NCBI GenBank assembly: GCA_025558095.1
Contig: JAIVFI010000011.1
Coordinates: 752,568-816,567, forward strand
Reading direction: 5' to 3'
Origin: Hyaloraphidium curvatum SAG 235-1
Lineage: Eukaryota; Fungi; Monoblepharomycota
DNA length: 64,000 nucleotides
A program made the translations under genes and the position numbers. The notes under the pieces are model-generated. The model ran no database searches and was not told where the DNA came from. It saw nothing but the letters and a program-made list of their open reading frames with translations. This document shows positions 21,708 through 34,488 of the stretch, one piece after another (position 1 is the first letter of the stretch; the number at the start of each line of letters is the position of its first letter).

Positions 21708-22766
21708 TCACGGTAGCAAGCCGCCCGTCACCCTCGTCCACAGCGCCCTCTCCTTGCCGATCTCGCTCTCCGAACGTGTAGCCTCGGAGAACTTCATCCC
21801 CGCCACAGCGACCCGGGCGAACCTCCCCAGGAGCATCCCTTCGACCTCTTCCAGGGTCCCCTCCTCCAACGACGGGCAGAACCCGTCGAGAACGAGGACG
21901 TCCGCGGGGGGAAGAATCGCCCGCAGCGGACGCAGGTGCGAGGTAAGCCCGTTCCGCAGCCTGAGCTCCCCCAACCCCTGCACCGACGCGAGCGGGCGCA
22001 GCGAATCCAGCACGGAGAATTCCGTAAAGTCGACGAGGTCGATACCGATCCTCCGCGGCGCAAAGTGCGGGCTCGGGAACAGCCCCTCCGCGTGGGCGAG
22101 CTCGAAGTAGTCCATCTCCAGCACTTTGATCGCGGCGACGAGCCTGGGCACGGCAGCGAGGCGCTCGAAAAGGTCCCACGAGTTATCGCGGATGGAGAGG
22201 TCCAGCGAATCGAGGAGGGGGGCGGCGCAAAGGGAGGCGGCGAAGACGGCGCCGTTCTCGGGCACATGGCCGGACCACGAGAGGCGCTTCAGGCCCGGGG
22301 GGAGGGGGAAACGCCCCCGACGCGCGGTGTATGCGCCGGAAAAGAGCACCTCGAGGTGCTCCAGGTGCTCCAGGCGGGAAGCAAGGTCCAGCAAGTGCAG
22401 GTCCTCGCTCGAGGCGAAAACCAGGCCGACACGGCGCAGATTGGGGAACAGAGAAAGGCACTCTGCGGCGCGTTCGGGGGGGCACGGAGGGCGGAGCAGG
22501 TCCAGGTGCTGCACGAGGTGTGCGTGCTTCCTCGCGTTTGCGGGGAACGACGGCGCCGACGCGTCGCGGCCCGCGATGCGCGCGTAGAGCACTGGCAGCG
22601 CGAGGTCCAGCATGTGTTTGGACGCGAGCGCGCATTCCAGGAGGGTCCGTTTGTGCCCCGTCGCGTCCGCGGCGAGGAAGACGGCGCGGATGAGCTCGGG
22701 GAGCAGCGTGGGAGGCCCGTGGGCGGCGTCCGAGGGGGCGGGGTGCGGCGCGGGGGACGCGTCCAT
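21708..22766 (-). CDS. F-box/LRR-like family copy; apparently intact
   Basis: GPPTLLPELIRAVF..KRTLLECALASK..LALPVLYARI; LFPSPHFAPRRI; ERALWTRV. Confidence 0.8.
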   Translation of the reverse strand: MDASPAPHPAPSDAAHGPPTLLPELIRAVFLAADATGHKRTLLECALASKHMLDLALPVLYARIAGRDASAPSFPANARKHAHLVQHLDLLRPPCPPERAAECLSLFPNLRRVGLVFASSEDLHLLDLASRLEHLEHLEVLFSGAYTARRGRFPLPPGLKRLSWSGHVPENGAVFAASLCAAPLLDSLDLSIRDNSWDLFERLAAVPRLVAAIKVLEMDYFELAHAEGLFPSPHFAPRRIGIDLVDFTEFSVLDSLRPLASVQGLGELRLRNGLTSHLRPLRAILPPADVLVLDGFCPSLEEGTLEEVEGMLLGRFARVAVAGMKFSEATRSESEIGKERALWTRVTGGLLP

Positions 22767-23708
22767 TACGGCGAACCCGCACCTGTTCGTCCGAAGGCCC
22801 GGTTCGTCCGAAGGACCTGTTCGGATTCGGCACAAACATCTAGGAGGTTCCCATTTTTCCGCATCTGCTCCGCTGCGCGTGGGAACCGCAGTACATGTCC
22901 CGACGGTGAGCTGCGCGCACGATCGGGGCTTGGACGCGAATGGCAGTGCGGCAGATCCCCGTTCGCGAGCCCAAGAAATCCAGCCTCGGGTTCCATGGAG
23001 ACCGAGAGCGTGGGATCCCGCGCGTGCCTCCGATGTATTGGCCTACCCAAATGGAATGGTGTGGGAACAGGGGTTTGTCGCCTCGCCCTTTGGCCTCGGC
23101 GATTGCTGAGTGTCCGTGGACAGCACCGGTGACGTGCGCGGAATTCGGATCGAACTGCGGTGGCGGGGTGGTTCGGGCGGCGCAATTGCTGCGGAAGCCG
23201 CACGTTTTCGGGCTGCGGGGAAGGGCGGTGCGGGGCCGCTGCGAGGAGACCGACCGGTCCCCCTCGCAGGATGCCCTTCCGACGTGCCGGAAACTCTGCC
23301 GAAGCTCCGCTGCGGCTACCCCGCGCCGCAACGCCAAGGTCTGGACTCGGCTGGGCGGCGCTTCCGCCCTTCTGATTGCCGAGCCAGGCGGCAATTAGTT
23401 ATCGCACCCTGGCTGGGCAGGACACGGGATCGGGCGTCGGACTCGGCATTCTAGAGGCGAAAGCAGCAAATCCGCATCGGGGACGGTCTCTGTTGATTGA
23501 CCAGGAGCGCCCGGAGGTCGGTTCCGAAGAACTTTGCCGTGGCGTGCGACAGCACGGGGGCGGGACGAGCCTGGCTGGCGGCCTGGGCCCAGTGACGTGA
23601 GAGGGAAACTAGGGAACCTTCTCTTTGGAAGAGTGGGTCCCGCACGGGAACTCCCGCCCGCCACCGACTCGCCGCTCCCGAGTCGCCGCCCTCGCCTGTA
23701 GATCGCCA

Positions 23709-24864
23709 ATGGACCCCTCCAGCTCGCCCGAACTGCCCGAATACGACGACGCGCCTTCGTGGAGCAGCCTTCTGGCGGCGCTCGCGGCCGAGCCGGCGCT
23801 CGCAGCTCGGTTCGCGGAGGGCCGCGATAGGCGCAGCCGCTTCAGATCGCTCAGGACCATCGGCCGCGGCTCCGAGGGCTCGGTGAGGTGTGCCCTCTCG
23901 CTGGACACCGGGGAGCTGGTCGCCGTCAAGGCGTGCCGGAAGCCGGCCGCGCCCGAGCCCAGCCGAGCGCTGGTCCGCACGCCCTCGGCGGAGGCCGCGA
24001 TCGTCGACCGCGCGCGCGTCTCGGACGAGCTGCGGCGGCGGTTCGAGGCGCTGCAGGCGCTGGAGCACCCCAACCTCGTTCGAATGCTCGAGCAGTTTGA
24101 AACCGAATCGCGGGTGTACACTGTGACCGAGCTCTGCGAGGGGGTGGGTCGCCGGCGGCAATCTTACATCGCTCGGTCATCTGACCTTCCTATGTGTTGT
24201 TTAGGACCTGGCAGCCTTCCTCGAGGCCCGCGAAGACCGCCGGCTCCCCGAGCACCTCATCCGGCCCATCCTCCTCGCCGTCCTCCGAGCCCTCTCTCAC
24301 CTGCACGCCCACGGCATCGTGCACCGCGACCTCAAGCCCTCCAACATCCTCCTCCGCACCTTCTCGAACCCCGCTGACCTCTGCCTGGCCGACTTTGGCT
24401 CCGCCAAGGTCCACGACCCCACCTCGGAGGACCACCGCATGAAGACACTCGTCGGCACTCCCTTCTACATCGCCCCCGAGCTCATCCAAGGCCTCCCCTA
24501 CGGCCCCGAGGTGGACCTCTACCCCCTGGGCGTGATCGCCTTCGAGCTCGCCTGCGGGTCGCACCCCTTTGCCGGCGCCGCCGGCTTCGCGGACCTGTAC
24601 GCGCGCGCCGCCCGCGGGGACTGGGAGTTCCCCCCCGGCGTCGGCAGCCCCGAGCTGCGGGACCTCGTGCGCGGGCTGATGCGGGCGGACCCGGCGGCGA
24701 GGATGGGGTGCGCGGCCGCCGCCGCGCACCCGTTCTTCGCGGGGCATGCGGGGGCGCAGCGGGCGAGGCCGAGGATGGCGAGGGAGATGTCGGGGACCGC
24801 GGTGACGTGGAGCGCGGAGGCGAGGGAGCTGCGGCCCGCGGAGACGGTCGCGGCAACGGGGTGA
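23709..24864 (+). CDS. Ser/Thr protein kinase (CAMK-like); one intron
   Basis: IGRGSEG, VAVK, HRDLKPSN, DFG, GTPFYIAPE, HPFF. GTGGGT..TAG intron after ELCEG. Confidence 0.92.
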
Positions 24865-24969
24865 TGGCAATCTGGATGGATGGTTTAGAGCTGTACCACT
24901 GTGGTCCCAGGGTTGACGTGTTGTATTGGCATTCGTTGAAGTGATCGGTCATATACCCTTATACAAACC

Positions 24970-25624
24970 TCACTCCTTCAGGTGGCACACGGCCTCCACT
25001 TCGTGCCCGTCAGGATCCTTGACGAACGCGCCGTAGTAGTCCGGATGGTAGTGCGGCCGCAGCCCGGGCTTGCCGTTGTCGGTGCCGCCGGCGGCGATGG
25101 CGGCGGCGTACCAGGCGTCTGTCGAGGGGAGGGGAGCTGGCGGGTCAGCGGGAAAGGTGGAAAGGGAGGTCGAAGGCCGTCTCACCGACGGACTTGCGGT
25201 CGGGCGAGGCGAACGCGATGTGCATGCCCTTAATGGCGGCCGCGGAGCGGGAGGGGTGGCACGAGAGCCAGAAATCGGGCTTGGTCTGCCCGGGGGGGCC
25301 GCCCCATTCCGTCAGTAGGTGCCGACGGGGGTGTGCAAGCGGTGCGCCGGCGTCCCACCTTGCCCATGCCGACCTCCCTGCCCATCGGGTGGTCGTACCC
25401 CATCTTCTTGGAGATGCCGAGAGGGGCAAGAGCGGCTTCGTAGAACTGCCCGCGAACGGAAAAGGCGACGTGGGGCCAAGCGTCGAAGGAAGAAGGGTGA
25501 TGCCCGGCCAAGACGACAGGTCAAAATAGAATTGTCCTCCACCGGGCGGGAAGCGCACCTTGAGCGACTTGTCCATGTCCGCGACGGGGATCGAGACGTG
25601 GTCAAACACGGTCGAGGTGAACAT
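24970..25624 (-). CDS. VOC/glyoxalase-family protein; three introns
   Basis: FDHVSIPVAD..FYEAALAPLG..HIAF..GGTDNGKPGLRPHYHPDYYGAFVKDPDGHEVEAVC. Confidence 0.9.
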
Positions 25625-26058
25625 CTTCGCGACTGGCGGCGGGAGTTCAGAACGGCGGCTTCCGCGGTCCGTCAGGGCGACGCCGGCCCGCCCGCCCGCG
25701 CTCACCGCTGTCCGTGGGGGCGGGGCTCGTCGTGGCGTCGGCGCTCATCACGATGGGCCCTGCACGTCGAGGGGAAGCTCAACGAAGTTCAGCGGGAGAA
25801 CCAGGGGACCGCCGTCCCGCATCTCGGAACCCGGAAATCGCCACGCACGGCGCTACGGCCACCTAATCATTTCTGCTGGACACACTCGATGAGTTCCTTT
25901 CCACGTCATGCAGCCGGACCGCTGTCGCATAGATGGCCGACGCTTTTCCAGAACTTCGTGCTCGATCAATGTCTCCCACAACGCAATCAAGCCGTGCCCA
26001 AAGCCCCCGGTCCTTAGCTGCTTTTTGAGAGATGAGACGAGTCCGACCAAGGGGATAG

Positions 26059-26532
26059 TTGCTCACGCGGGCCCAACCCGCTGCGGCCGCCGCTCCCGCC
26101 GCGCCATCGCCCGCCGCCGCCTCCCCGCCGCCCCCCGCAGCGCCGCTGCCGGTCGCCGCCGCCACCGCTCCGCCCGCTGCCGAGGTCCTGCCGCCGCCGG
26201 TGCCGCGCCGGCCTCGGGACCCGCTGCCGCCGCTCCCGACGCCGGTCGACATCGACCTCCCGCCCGCGCCCCGCTCCGCCGCCGACCCCGAATTCCGCTA
26301 CACATTCCTGTGGAACGCTGCCAACGCCTCGCTGTCGCGCAGGGGCGGGCTGACGCCCGAGCCGGAGGAGGACGAGGAGGCGGCGGAGGACCCGAAGCCG
26401 CAGCTCAAGGACGCTTCGAGGTCCAGCGCCGCGACCCTGGTGCAGGAGGACGGCACCGGGGAGGTGTTTGTTTACGGGAAGGAGACGGACGGCGTGGAAT
26501 GGAGGGCAGTGGGGCCGACCGTCGTCGCCTGA
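26059..26532 (+). CDS. Small proline-rich hypothetical protein; 5' end uncertain
   Basis: GC3-biased ORF. No recognisable domain and no in-frame ATG, so an upstream exon is likely. Confidence 0.35.
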   Translation: MLTRAQPAAAAAPAAPSPAAASPPPPAAPLPVAAATAPPAAEVLPPPVPRRPRDPLPPLPTPVDIDLPPAPRSAADPEFRYTFLWNAANASLSRRGGLTPEPEEDEEAAEDPKPQLKDASRSSAATLVQEDGTGEVFVYGKETDGVEWRAVGPTVVA

Positions 26533-26890
26533 GCGGCGTTCCCCCCAAAAGCGGACTACTCGTCGTCGACCTTGGACGATGCTCTTTCACGAACTTGGAC
26601 GGACCTGATTACGGCCGACGGGCGTCTCTGTCACGCTTCCAGGGACGGATTGTTTTTCATTCGCTGCGGAACCACCGGGCGAAAACGGACAAAGTGTAAC
26701 CAACTGCGCAACTGCGCTCTGACCAATTCGTAGCATGTGAGGATAGATGTTTATCAATGAAGGACCTTCGATTGCGTTTCCCCGTCGAATGCGGCGGTCG
26801 GGAGCCGAGTTGTAGCTTGAAGACGCGCGGCGACTGGGGACGCCCGACAAGCAATGACAAACCACCTCCCGCTCGCCCGTAGCCAACGCG

Positions 26891-28035
26891 ATGGACGCGG
26901 CATCGACCGAGTCCAAACTCTCCGACGCGTCCGATGCCGCGGAATCGGCCGCCGGCGGAGCGGAGGAGGACGGGCCGGCGCTGCCGCCCGAGATTCTGTG
27001 CATCGTGTTTTGCATCCTGGACGACGCCGGCTGCAAAGCCAGCCTCCTGGAGTGCGCCCTCGCGTCGAAAGCGACAAAGGAACTTGTTTTTCCCGTTCTT
27101 TTTGCGCGCATCAAATCCAGGCACGTCTGGACGTCTTCGTTCCTGGACGCCGCCGCCCGAAAGCACGGCCACCTGGTCCAGATGGCGGATATGAGCGAAC
27201 GATACCTAGGCCGCGAAGGGACGGTAGCCTGCCTCGCTTTCTTTGGAAATCTCCGAAAACTCGATCTGGCCGCGGATTGGGAAGACGACGGCTTCTTCCT
27301 GCGGCTCGTTTCGAGCATGGAGAAACTGGAGAAGCTCACGGTGCGCTCTGCCGAGAGCCGCCACGGCCATCCGAACCCGCCCATTTGTCTGCCACCGGCG
27401 CTGAAGTTCCTGACCTGGACGGGTCTGGTTCCCGACAGGGGATCCAAGCTCGCCGCGGCGCTCGGGCCCGCCCGGCAGCTGCGATGCCTCGAGTTGGACG
27501 CTTTCCACACCTCGGAGGACTTTTTCAACCGCCTCGTCCCTCTGGGCCGGGTCGTAGCGGCCACAACTGTCCTTTCCCTGCCGCGGAACGAGCTCGTCTT
27601 TGCCGACGCACTTTTCCGCAGCCCCGAGTTCGCGCCGTCCAGGCTCTACGTTGGCCAGTACTGGCGCCCCGAGGATGACGACGGTGACGAGGACGGTCCG
27701 ACGGTGCTTCCGCCTTCCCTCTGCGCCCTGAACGGACTGGAGGTGCTCGAGCTGAGCGGCTTTCGTTCTTCGTTCCTCGCCGAGCAGGGAAGCGGGCTGC
27801 CGCCGGCAAAGGAGCTCGTGCTCAAGAGCTTGTCGGCGGACCTGCGGCCGGACGAGCTGGCTCCCGTGGAGGCCATGCTTGGGAAGAAGTACGGAAGCGT
27901 CGCCGTCTCTCCTCCGGGACATGGAGCACCGGGGTGGACGCTGCGGAAATGGACATGTGGAGGAGGGTGACGAGCGGGCGGACCACGCTTCATGGACCGC
28001 CACCCCGCCCTGCTCGTCGCTCGGCAATGGTATAG
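26891..28035 (+). pseudogene. F-box/LRR-like family copy; frameshift near 27905-27935 just before the conserved C-terminal motif
   Basis: DGPALPPEILCIVF..LLECALASK; LFRSPEFAPSRL; DAAEMDMWRRV is present but in another frame. Confidence 0.78.
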
Positions 28036-28534
28036 AGGGCCATCGGGAAGTCCGACTCTCTTCATTTGCCACCCCCTGCCGAACGACCGGAATCTCCAGG
28101 CGACGCAACATGAGGCCGAAACGCGCCGGAAAGAACGGCCAGGAGTCGATTGTTGCTCTTCATGTCAGAGGAAGAAGTTGTGCGAGTGGCGCCGGGGCGG
28201 CGAAGCGCACCATCCCCATGTCGCAATCCCGAGTGACTAACGAGCCGGATTTCCGGCATGAAAAAAAACCGGACGGCCTGCAAACATCACGCATTCTTCG
28301 ACGCCCTTTCGCTCACAGGCCGTTAATTTTCATTTCTGGTGGGCGTCGCTCTGCGGCGGGCGCGTGAACGGGGGACACGGTGCGTCCCAAAGGACTTGCC
28401 GCCGGCCGTGCGGGATCCCCCGGAGCCCGGTGGCGCCAACTCATTTTTGCTCGTTCCCTTTTCCTCGCGCACCTCGACTGTTTCAGTTGCTTTCCCATCG
28501 CACTGCAGCTCCCTCCGACTTCCTGCGCCGCACC

Positions 28535-30294
28535 ATGTCGACGAACAAGGCCGTCGCCGCCGAGAGGGCGGCGCTCGAGGACGAGCTCCGGCTCGCCAAA
28601 CTCGGGTACAAGCAGGAGCTCAAGCGCGGCCTGACGGCCTTCCACAACTTCGTGGGTGGCGCCCGCTGCCCCTGCAACGGCGCTGACGCACTCCTTCCGC
28701 GCAGGGCATCTCATTTTCGCACATCTCGATCCTCATCGGCATCGCCCCGCTCGTCGGCTATGTCATGGTCGCCGGCGGCCCGGCGGCGGCGGTTTGGGGG
28801 TGGATCATCGCGGGCGCTTTCTCGCTCTGCGTGTGCTCGGCGCTGGCCGAGATCTGTTCGGCATACCCGACCTCGGGCGGCCTCTACTGTCGGTGGCGTT
28901 GCCGGAGCTCGGCAGCATCGTGCTCACCCCTTCCACGCAGACTGGTCCGCCAAGCTCGGCGGCGAGGAGTACGGCCCCGTGTTTGCGTGGTTCAACGGCT
29001 GGTTCAACGCCGTCGGCGAACTCGCGGGTATCACGGGCGTCGCGTACCAGGTCTCGCTCTTCATCGTCGGCCTCGTCAACATCCAGACCCCGTGGGAGTA
29101 CACCCAGGGCACCGTCGTCGGCATCGCCATTGCGCTCCTGTTCGCGCAGGGCCTGCTCAACAGCCTCAACGAGCGGCTGCTCGCGCACTTCACCGAGGCT
29201 TCCGTGTTCATCCACGTATTTGGATCTCTCGCCATCTTCATTACCCTGCTGGCGACCTCGCCGAAGCTGCAGTCCGCCAGCTGGCTCTTCACGACCGTCG
29301 TCAACGAGACCGGATGGGAAAGCAACGGCTTCGCGTTCCTCCTCGCCTTCCTCCTCCCCGGCTGGACCTTCGTGGGCTACGACGCCTCGGCCCACGTCTC
29401 GGAGGAGACCCAGAACTCGCACACCGCCGCCGCCAAGGGCATGATCCACTCGCTGCTGTGGTCTATCGTCGGCGGCTGGCTGCTCCTCATCGCCTACTTC
29501 GTCACCATCCAGGACTACGAGGCCACGCTCACGACCTCGTACGGCTTCCCCGTCGTGCAGATCCTGGTCGACAACGCCGGGCCCGTCGGAGGCAGCGTGC
29601 TGCTGGCCATCATCACCCTCGGCTCCTTCTTCTGCGGGTTCTCGGCCATGACCGCCAACAGCCGCATGATGTACTCGTTCGCCCGCGACGGCGCGATTCC
29701 GAAGCTCTTCTACTGGAACCACCCCACGACCAAGCTGCCTCTCCGGACGATCTGGCTCTGCGTGCTCGTGTGCTCGCTGCTGCTCCTCACGGCGTTGGGC
29801 TCGCCGATCGTGCTCTACGCCTTCAACTCGGTCTGCACTATTGGATTCAACGTGGGTAGCCCGCGCCGGGCCTGGACGGAAAGCTAACGTCATGGCCCTG
29901 GCCGTCGCAGACCGCCTACGTGATCCCCATCCTTCTGCGCCTCACGGTCGGCCGATCATCCTTCAAGCAGGCCGAGTTCAACCTCGGCCGCTTCTCCGAG
30001 GTCATCGGCTGGCTCGCCGTCTTCTGGGCCGCCTTCCTCTTCGTCCTCCTCTGCTTCCCGACCTCGCAGCCCGTCACCCCCGAGACGGCCAACTACGCCC
30101 CCCTGATGCTGGGCTCGGTCATCATCGCCGCGGCCGTGGCGTGGTTCTGGGCGCGGAACTGGTTCAAGGGGCCGAGGGTGCTGGTGTCGGAAGAGCAGGT
30201 GCGCGAGCTCGAGCAGACGCTGCGGGAGCGCGGGGCGGAGCCGGACGCGCAGGAGCTGGCGGCGGAGTCGAAAAAGGAGGTTTCGGCGGCGTGA
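28535..30294 (+). CDS. APC-superfamily amino acid/GABA/polyamine permease (UGA4/BAT1-like); three introns
   Basis: LGYKQELKR, GGPAAAVWGW, AEICSAYPTSGGLY, GYDASAHVSEET, SRMMYSFARDGAIP. Exons splice in frame. Confidence 0.93.
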
Positions 30295-30369
30295 TCGTCC
30301 GCACTCTCTTTTGGTTGACAAACTAGAAGAAATTCCTGCTACCGTTTGACCAGCGCCGTGCGCTGAACG

Positions 30370-30960
30370 GCATCGCAATCCTTCTTCACCCGGCCACCTC
30401 CGCAGCGTCGGCCGCCGATCTTCTGCCGCGGACGAATCCAAAGTCCGGAACCGATACCGGATTGAAACTAGATGCACGGCCTAGCTCCACTTCTCGGCAG
30501 GACGACCGGCGTGGTACGAGAATGCCATGCAGAAAAGGGTGAACGCCCGTCACGGCCACGAGATGCTCTCCTGCAGCAGGTTGCTGGCCCACCAGAAGCA
30601 CCCGTTGGGATCCCCGTGCGGGGACGAGATGACGAACCCCGGCTGCATCCTCCGCACCGCCACCCTGTACCACGTCCTCGTGAGCATCACCGGCGGGATG
30701 TTGGAGCGGTACGACAGGTCCAGCAGGATCCTCCGCTGCATCGGCCGCCGATCCCTCGCCACGGACGATTCGGAAGTCCCGAACCCGGATCCCGAACTTG
30801 AACCTCACGCGCATTGCACGCTCCACGCCATCGAGCTGAACCGGATCCAGCGAGACCTTCCCGCCATCGAGCGCGAGCAAGGGCGTCGATCAATCGGAAG
30901 CCCGTCCGTGGTCCTCGAGAGCAGCGCCATTCCGAATGCCGCCGCATCCCAGCCAACAAG
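30370..30960 (-). pseudogene. Two degraded 3' remnants of F-box/LRR-like genes
   Basis: LDPVQLDGVERAM..IVRGEGSAADAAE and FVRGRRSAADAAEVAG*RRI resemble FARGEGSAADKAERAMW of the 36821 copy. Confidence 0.5.
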
Positions 30961-31165
30961 AACGGCAGCCTAAGCTCCTCCGAAAGCTTCCCCCAAGCTA
31001 GCTTCATGCAGGCCGCAAAGTCGCCGTCGTCCGGGCGCCGCTTGCAGAGCAGCGCTTCTCCCACGGACCCTTTCTCATAAACCTTTTGGGATTCACGCGA
31101 ATAAGTCGACTCGCCTGCACCGTCACTAACCACCCACCCGTCCGCCCGTCCCGCAAACACCGACC

Positions 31166-34100
31166 ATGCCGTCTTCCGACCCCGTCTCGGGCAACGCGAT
31201 GCAGCCCCGCGGCGGCCCCGCCGGCCGCACGCCGCCCTACTCGATCCGCGACGTCCCTCGCCTTCACGCGCGTAACCTCGCGCTCGCCCGCCCGGAGCAC
31301 CACTGGACCGCGCCGAGGATCGTCGTCGACGCGACGGAGGACGAGTTCCATGCGCAGGCGAAGAAGGAGGAGGGGGGTGGGGGTGGGAAGAAGGCGGACG
31401 GGACAGGGGCTGCCGCGGTGGGCTTCTCGACCTGCCGTCGCGCGGCGGGGCGGCACCGACCTTGTCCCGCAGCGGCTCACGCACCTGCTTTCTTCGTTTC
31501 AGAAACCGTCTTCGGATGAGGACCAGAAGTGCCCAGAAGAGGATCAGCAGGGTCCGAAAGGGGAACGGAAGCCGTCTTCGGAGGAGAAGCGGAAGTCTCG
31601 GGAGAAGGCTCAAGGGCCGAGGGAGGACACGAATCCGTCGTCCGAGGAAGGTCAACAGGCGCCGAAACCTGACCAGGAGCACGCGGACGCGGGCAAGAAA
31701 CGACCTGAACCTGACCCGAATGCGCCCGGGCTGTACGAAGCGCAGCTCATCCGCGCCATCTCCAAGCCCGGGGCCAGGAACCCGACACCGCCCTCCTTCC
31801 CGCTCACGGACATCGACAACGCGGACACGGGGACGCCGGACAACTGGGTCCCGCGGCTGACCTCGGAGACGGGCGAAAGCCTCACGCGCCTCACCGGGTC
31901 GCACCCCTTGAACGCCGAGCCCAAGCTCGCGGACCTGCTCTCCGACGGCCTGCTCACGAGCACGTTCCGGCACTACGTCCGCAACCACGGCCCCGTGCCG
32001 TTCCTGGAATGGGAGACCCACAGCGTGTTTGTCCGCGGGCCGGGGCTCGAGGCGGGGAAGGAGGTAGGGATGGACGAGATCGCGGGGATGGGGCGCGCAG
32101 AGTTCCCCGTCACCTTCTGCTGCGACGGATTCCGGCGGTCGGAGCTCAACAAGGTCCGCAGGACGCAGGGGTTCGACATGGGCGCGGGGACCGCCGGGAC
32201 CGCGGTCTGGGGCGGCGTGCCGCTGCGGACCTTCCTGCTGGCACTGTTCCCGGACCTCGACAAGCGCGAGACGTCGCAGCTGCACGTGCACTTCGAGGGC
32301 ACCGAGGACCTGGCCAACGGCAAGTACGGGACCTCGCTGCCGCTGGACTACGTGCTGGATGCGGGCAACGACTGCATGCTCGCATACACGATGAACGGCC
32401 TGCCGCTGCCGCCGGACCACGGGTATCCGATCCGGACAATCCTTCCGGTGGGCCAGTCGAGCCGTGAATGCGCGATAGTCCTGACCCTGGTTCGCCATGC
32501 AGGGGATGGTCGGAGGGCGGACTGTCAAGTGGCTTCGGAAGATCGAGATCGCGGACCGCGAGAGCGACAACTGGTACCACCGGCACGACAACCGGCTCTA
32601 TCCAGAGCAGGTCAAGGACGTCGGCGATGTCGAGCGCGTGGAGTGGCACCTCCATCCTGGTGGGGAAGAGCGACGGCTGCGCAAAGCGGAGGCTGCTGAT
32701 GTGCGATCGCGTTCGTCCCTGCAGATACGGTCATCACCCAGCTCCCGCTGCAGTCCGTCATCGTGCACCCCGCCCCCGGCACTCGCCTCCCGCTCTCACA
32801 GCTCTCCGCCGCCAGTGCGACCTACAAGCTCCGTGGCTTCGCGTTCGCGGGCTCGGGCCAGCGCGTTTCCAAGGTCTCCGTCCTGCTCTCGGGCGCTTCC
32901 CTCCCCGCCACGTGGCGCTACGCCCCCCGCACCTTCCTCCCGGACTCGATGCGGCACGGCACGAAGCACTGGACCTGGTGCCACTGGGAGCTCGACGTCC
33001 CCGCCGCGGAGCTCCTTGCGTGCGAGGAGGTGCGCGTGCGGGCGTTCGACGCCGGGAAAAACACCCAGCCGGAGGAGAGCGTCTTCGATCTGGGCGGGTA
33101 CATGGGCAACGGGCACTACGTCGTCAAGCCGCGGATCGTGCCGGCCGGCGAAGGGGGAGGGGAGGCGTGCCTGCTGTTCCTGCACCCGACCGACACCTCG
33201 GATCCGGGCAACGGGTGGATGGAGCCGTCGGCGGCGGTCAGGATCGAGTCGGCCAAGGCGGCGGCGGGCACGGCGGACCTCAAGGAGATGTCGTGGGACG
33301 AGGTCAAGAAGCATGCCAAGCGGGACGACATGTGGATCGTAATCGACGGCGTCGTCTGTAGGTCCTTCTGGGTGCTACCATTCGTGTTCAGCGTTGATCG
33401 GCAGACCCAGATGACGTCACTGACTTTGCCTCCAAGCACCCTGGTGGCACCGCGCCGCTGGCGTCGCACGCCGGCCAGGACGTCTCGTTCATCTTCGCAT
33501 CCATCCACGACGACCGAGCCCGCTCGATGGCCTCCTCCTACGCGATCGGCCGCGTCTCGTCTCCCGAGCCCGGGGCGCGACCCACGCGGGCCCCGCATGA
33601 GGCGACCGAGGGCGACCACGCGATCCACCCCGGGCGCTGGGTCTCGTGCTCCCTCGTTCGCAAGGAGGGCGTCTCGCACGACGTGAGGCGGTTCACGTTC
33701 CGCTTGCCGGGGGGCGGCAGGCTCGCCCTCCCGACGGGCAAGCACCTCCGGATCGGCGTGCACTTCAAGGACAAGATGGTGCAGCGGATGTACACGCCCA
33801 CGAGGCCGATCCTGCCCGAGGAGGAGGACGGGACGTTCGACTTGGTGGTCAAGATCTACCTGCCCAACACGGATCCGCGGTACCCGCCGGGCGGGCTCAT
33901 CTCGAACTACCTCGACACAATGGTGCGTCTGCGGCTGCAGTCGATTTCTCGGCCATAGACTCATCACTCTCCTGACAGGAACCGGGCGACAGGATCGACG
34001 TCCGCGGGCCCGAGGGCTACATAGAGTACGACGGGAACGGCAAGCTGAATGTGTCGCTGAAGGACCTCGTGGCCAAGCGCATCTCGCTCGTCGCCGGCGG

Positions 34101-34488
34101 CTCGGGCATCACGCCCATCTTCCAGCTCATCCGCCGCATCCTCTCAGATCCCGATGACCCGGTGCGGATGCGGTTCGTGTTCGCAAACAAGACCCCCTCG
34201 GACATCATCCTCCGCGCGGAACTCGACAGGCTGGCGGCCGAGAACCGGGAGCGGTTCGAGGTCATGTACTCGGTCGACAAGGAGCCGCAGGGGGAGGATG
34301 CGAGCGGGATCGCACACGTGGGCCACGTGGATGCCGGGGTGCTGGGGTGGTTGTTCCTGCCCGGGCGCGGCGGCGAGGAGGAGGCGGTCGCGCTGGTGTG
34401 CGGGCCGCCGCGGATGATCGAGAAGGGGGTCGTGCCCGGCCTCGAAAAGCTGGGCTACGAGCGGGAGAAGAATCTCTTTGTTTTCTAG
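31166..34488 (+). CDS. Nitrate-reductase-like molybdoenzyme (Moco, dimerisation, cytochrome b5, FAD and NAD(P)H domains); five introns
   Basis: TPDNWVPR, RLTGSHPLNAEP, HYVRNHGPVP, CCDGFRRSELN, DHGYPIR, WTWCHW, HPGG, RMYTP, GGSGITP, CGPP. Exons splice in frame. Confidence 0.92.
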
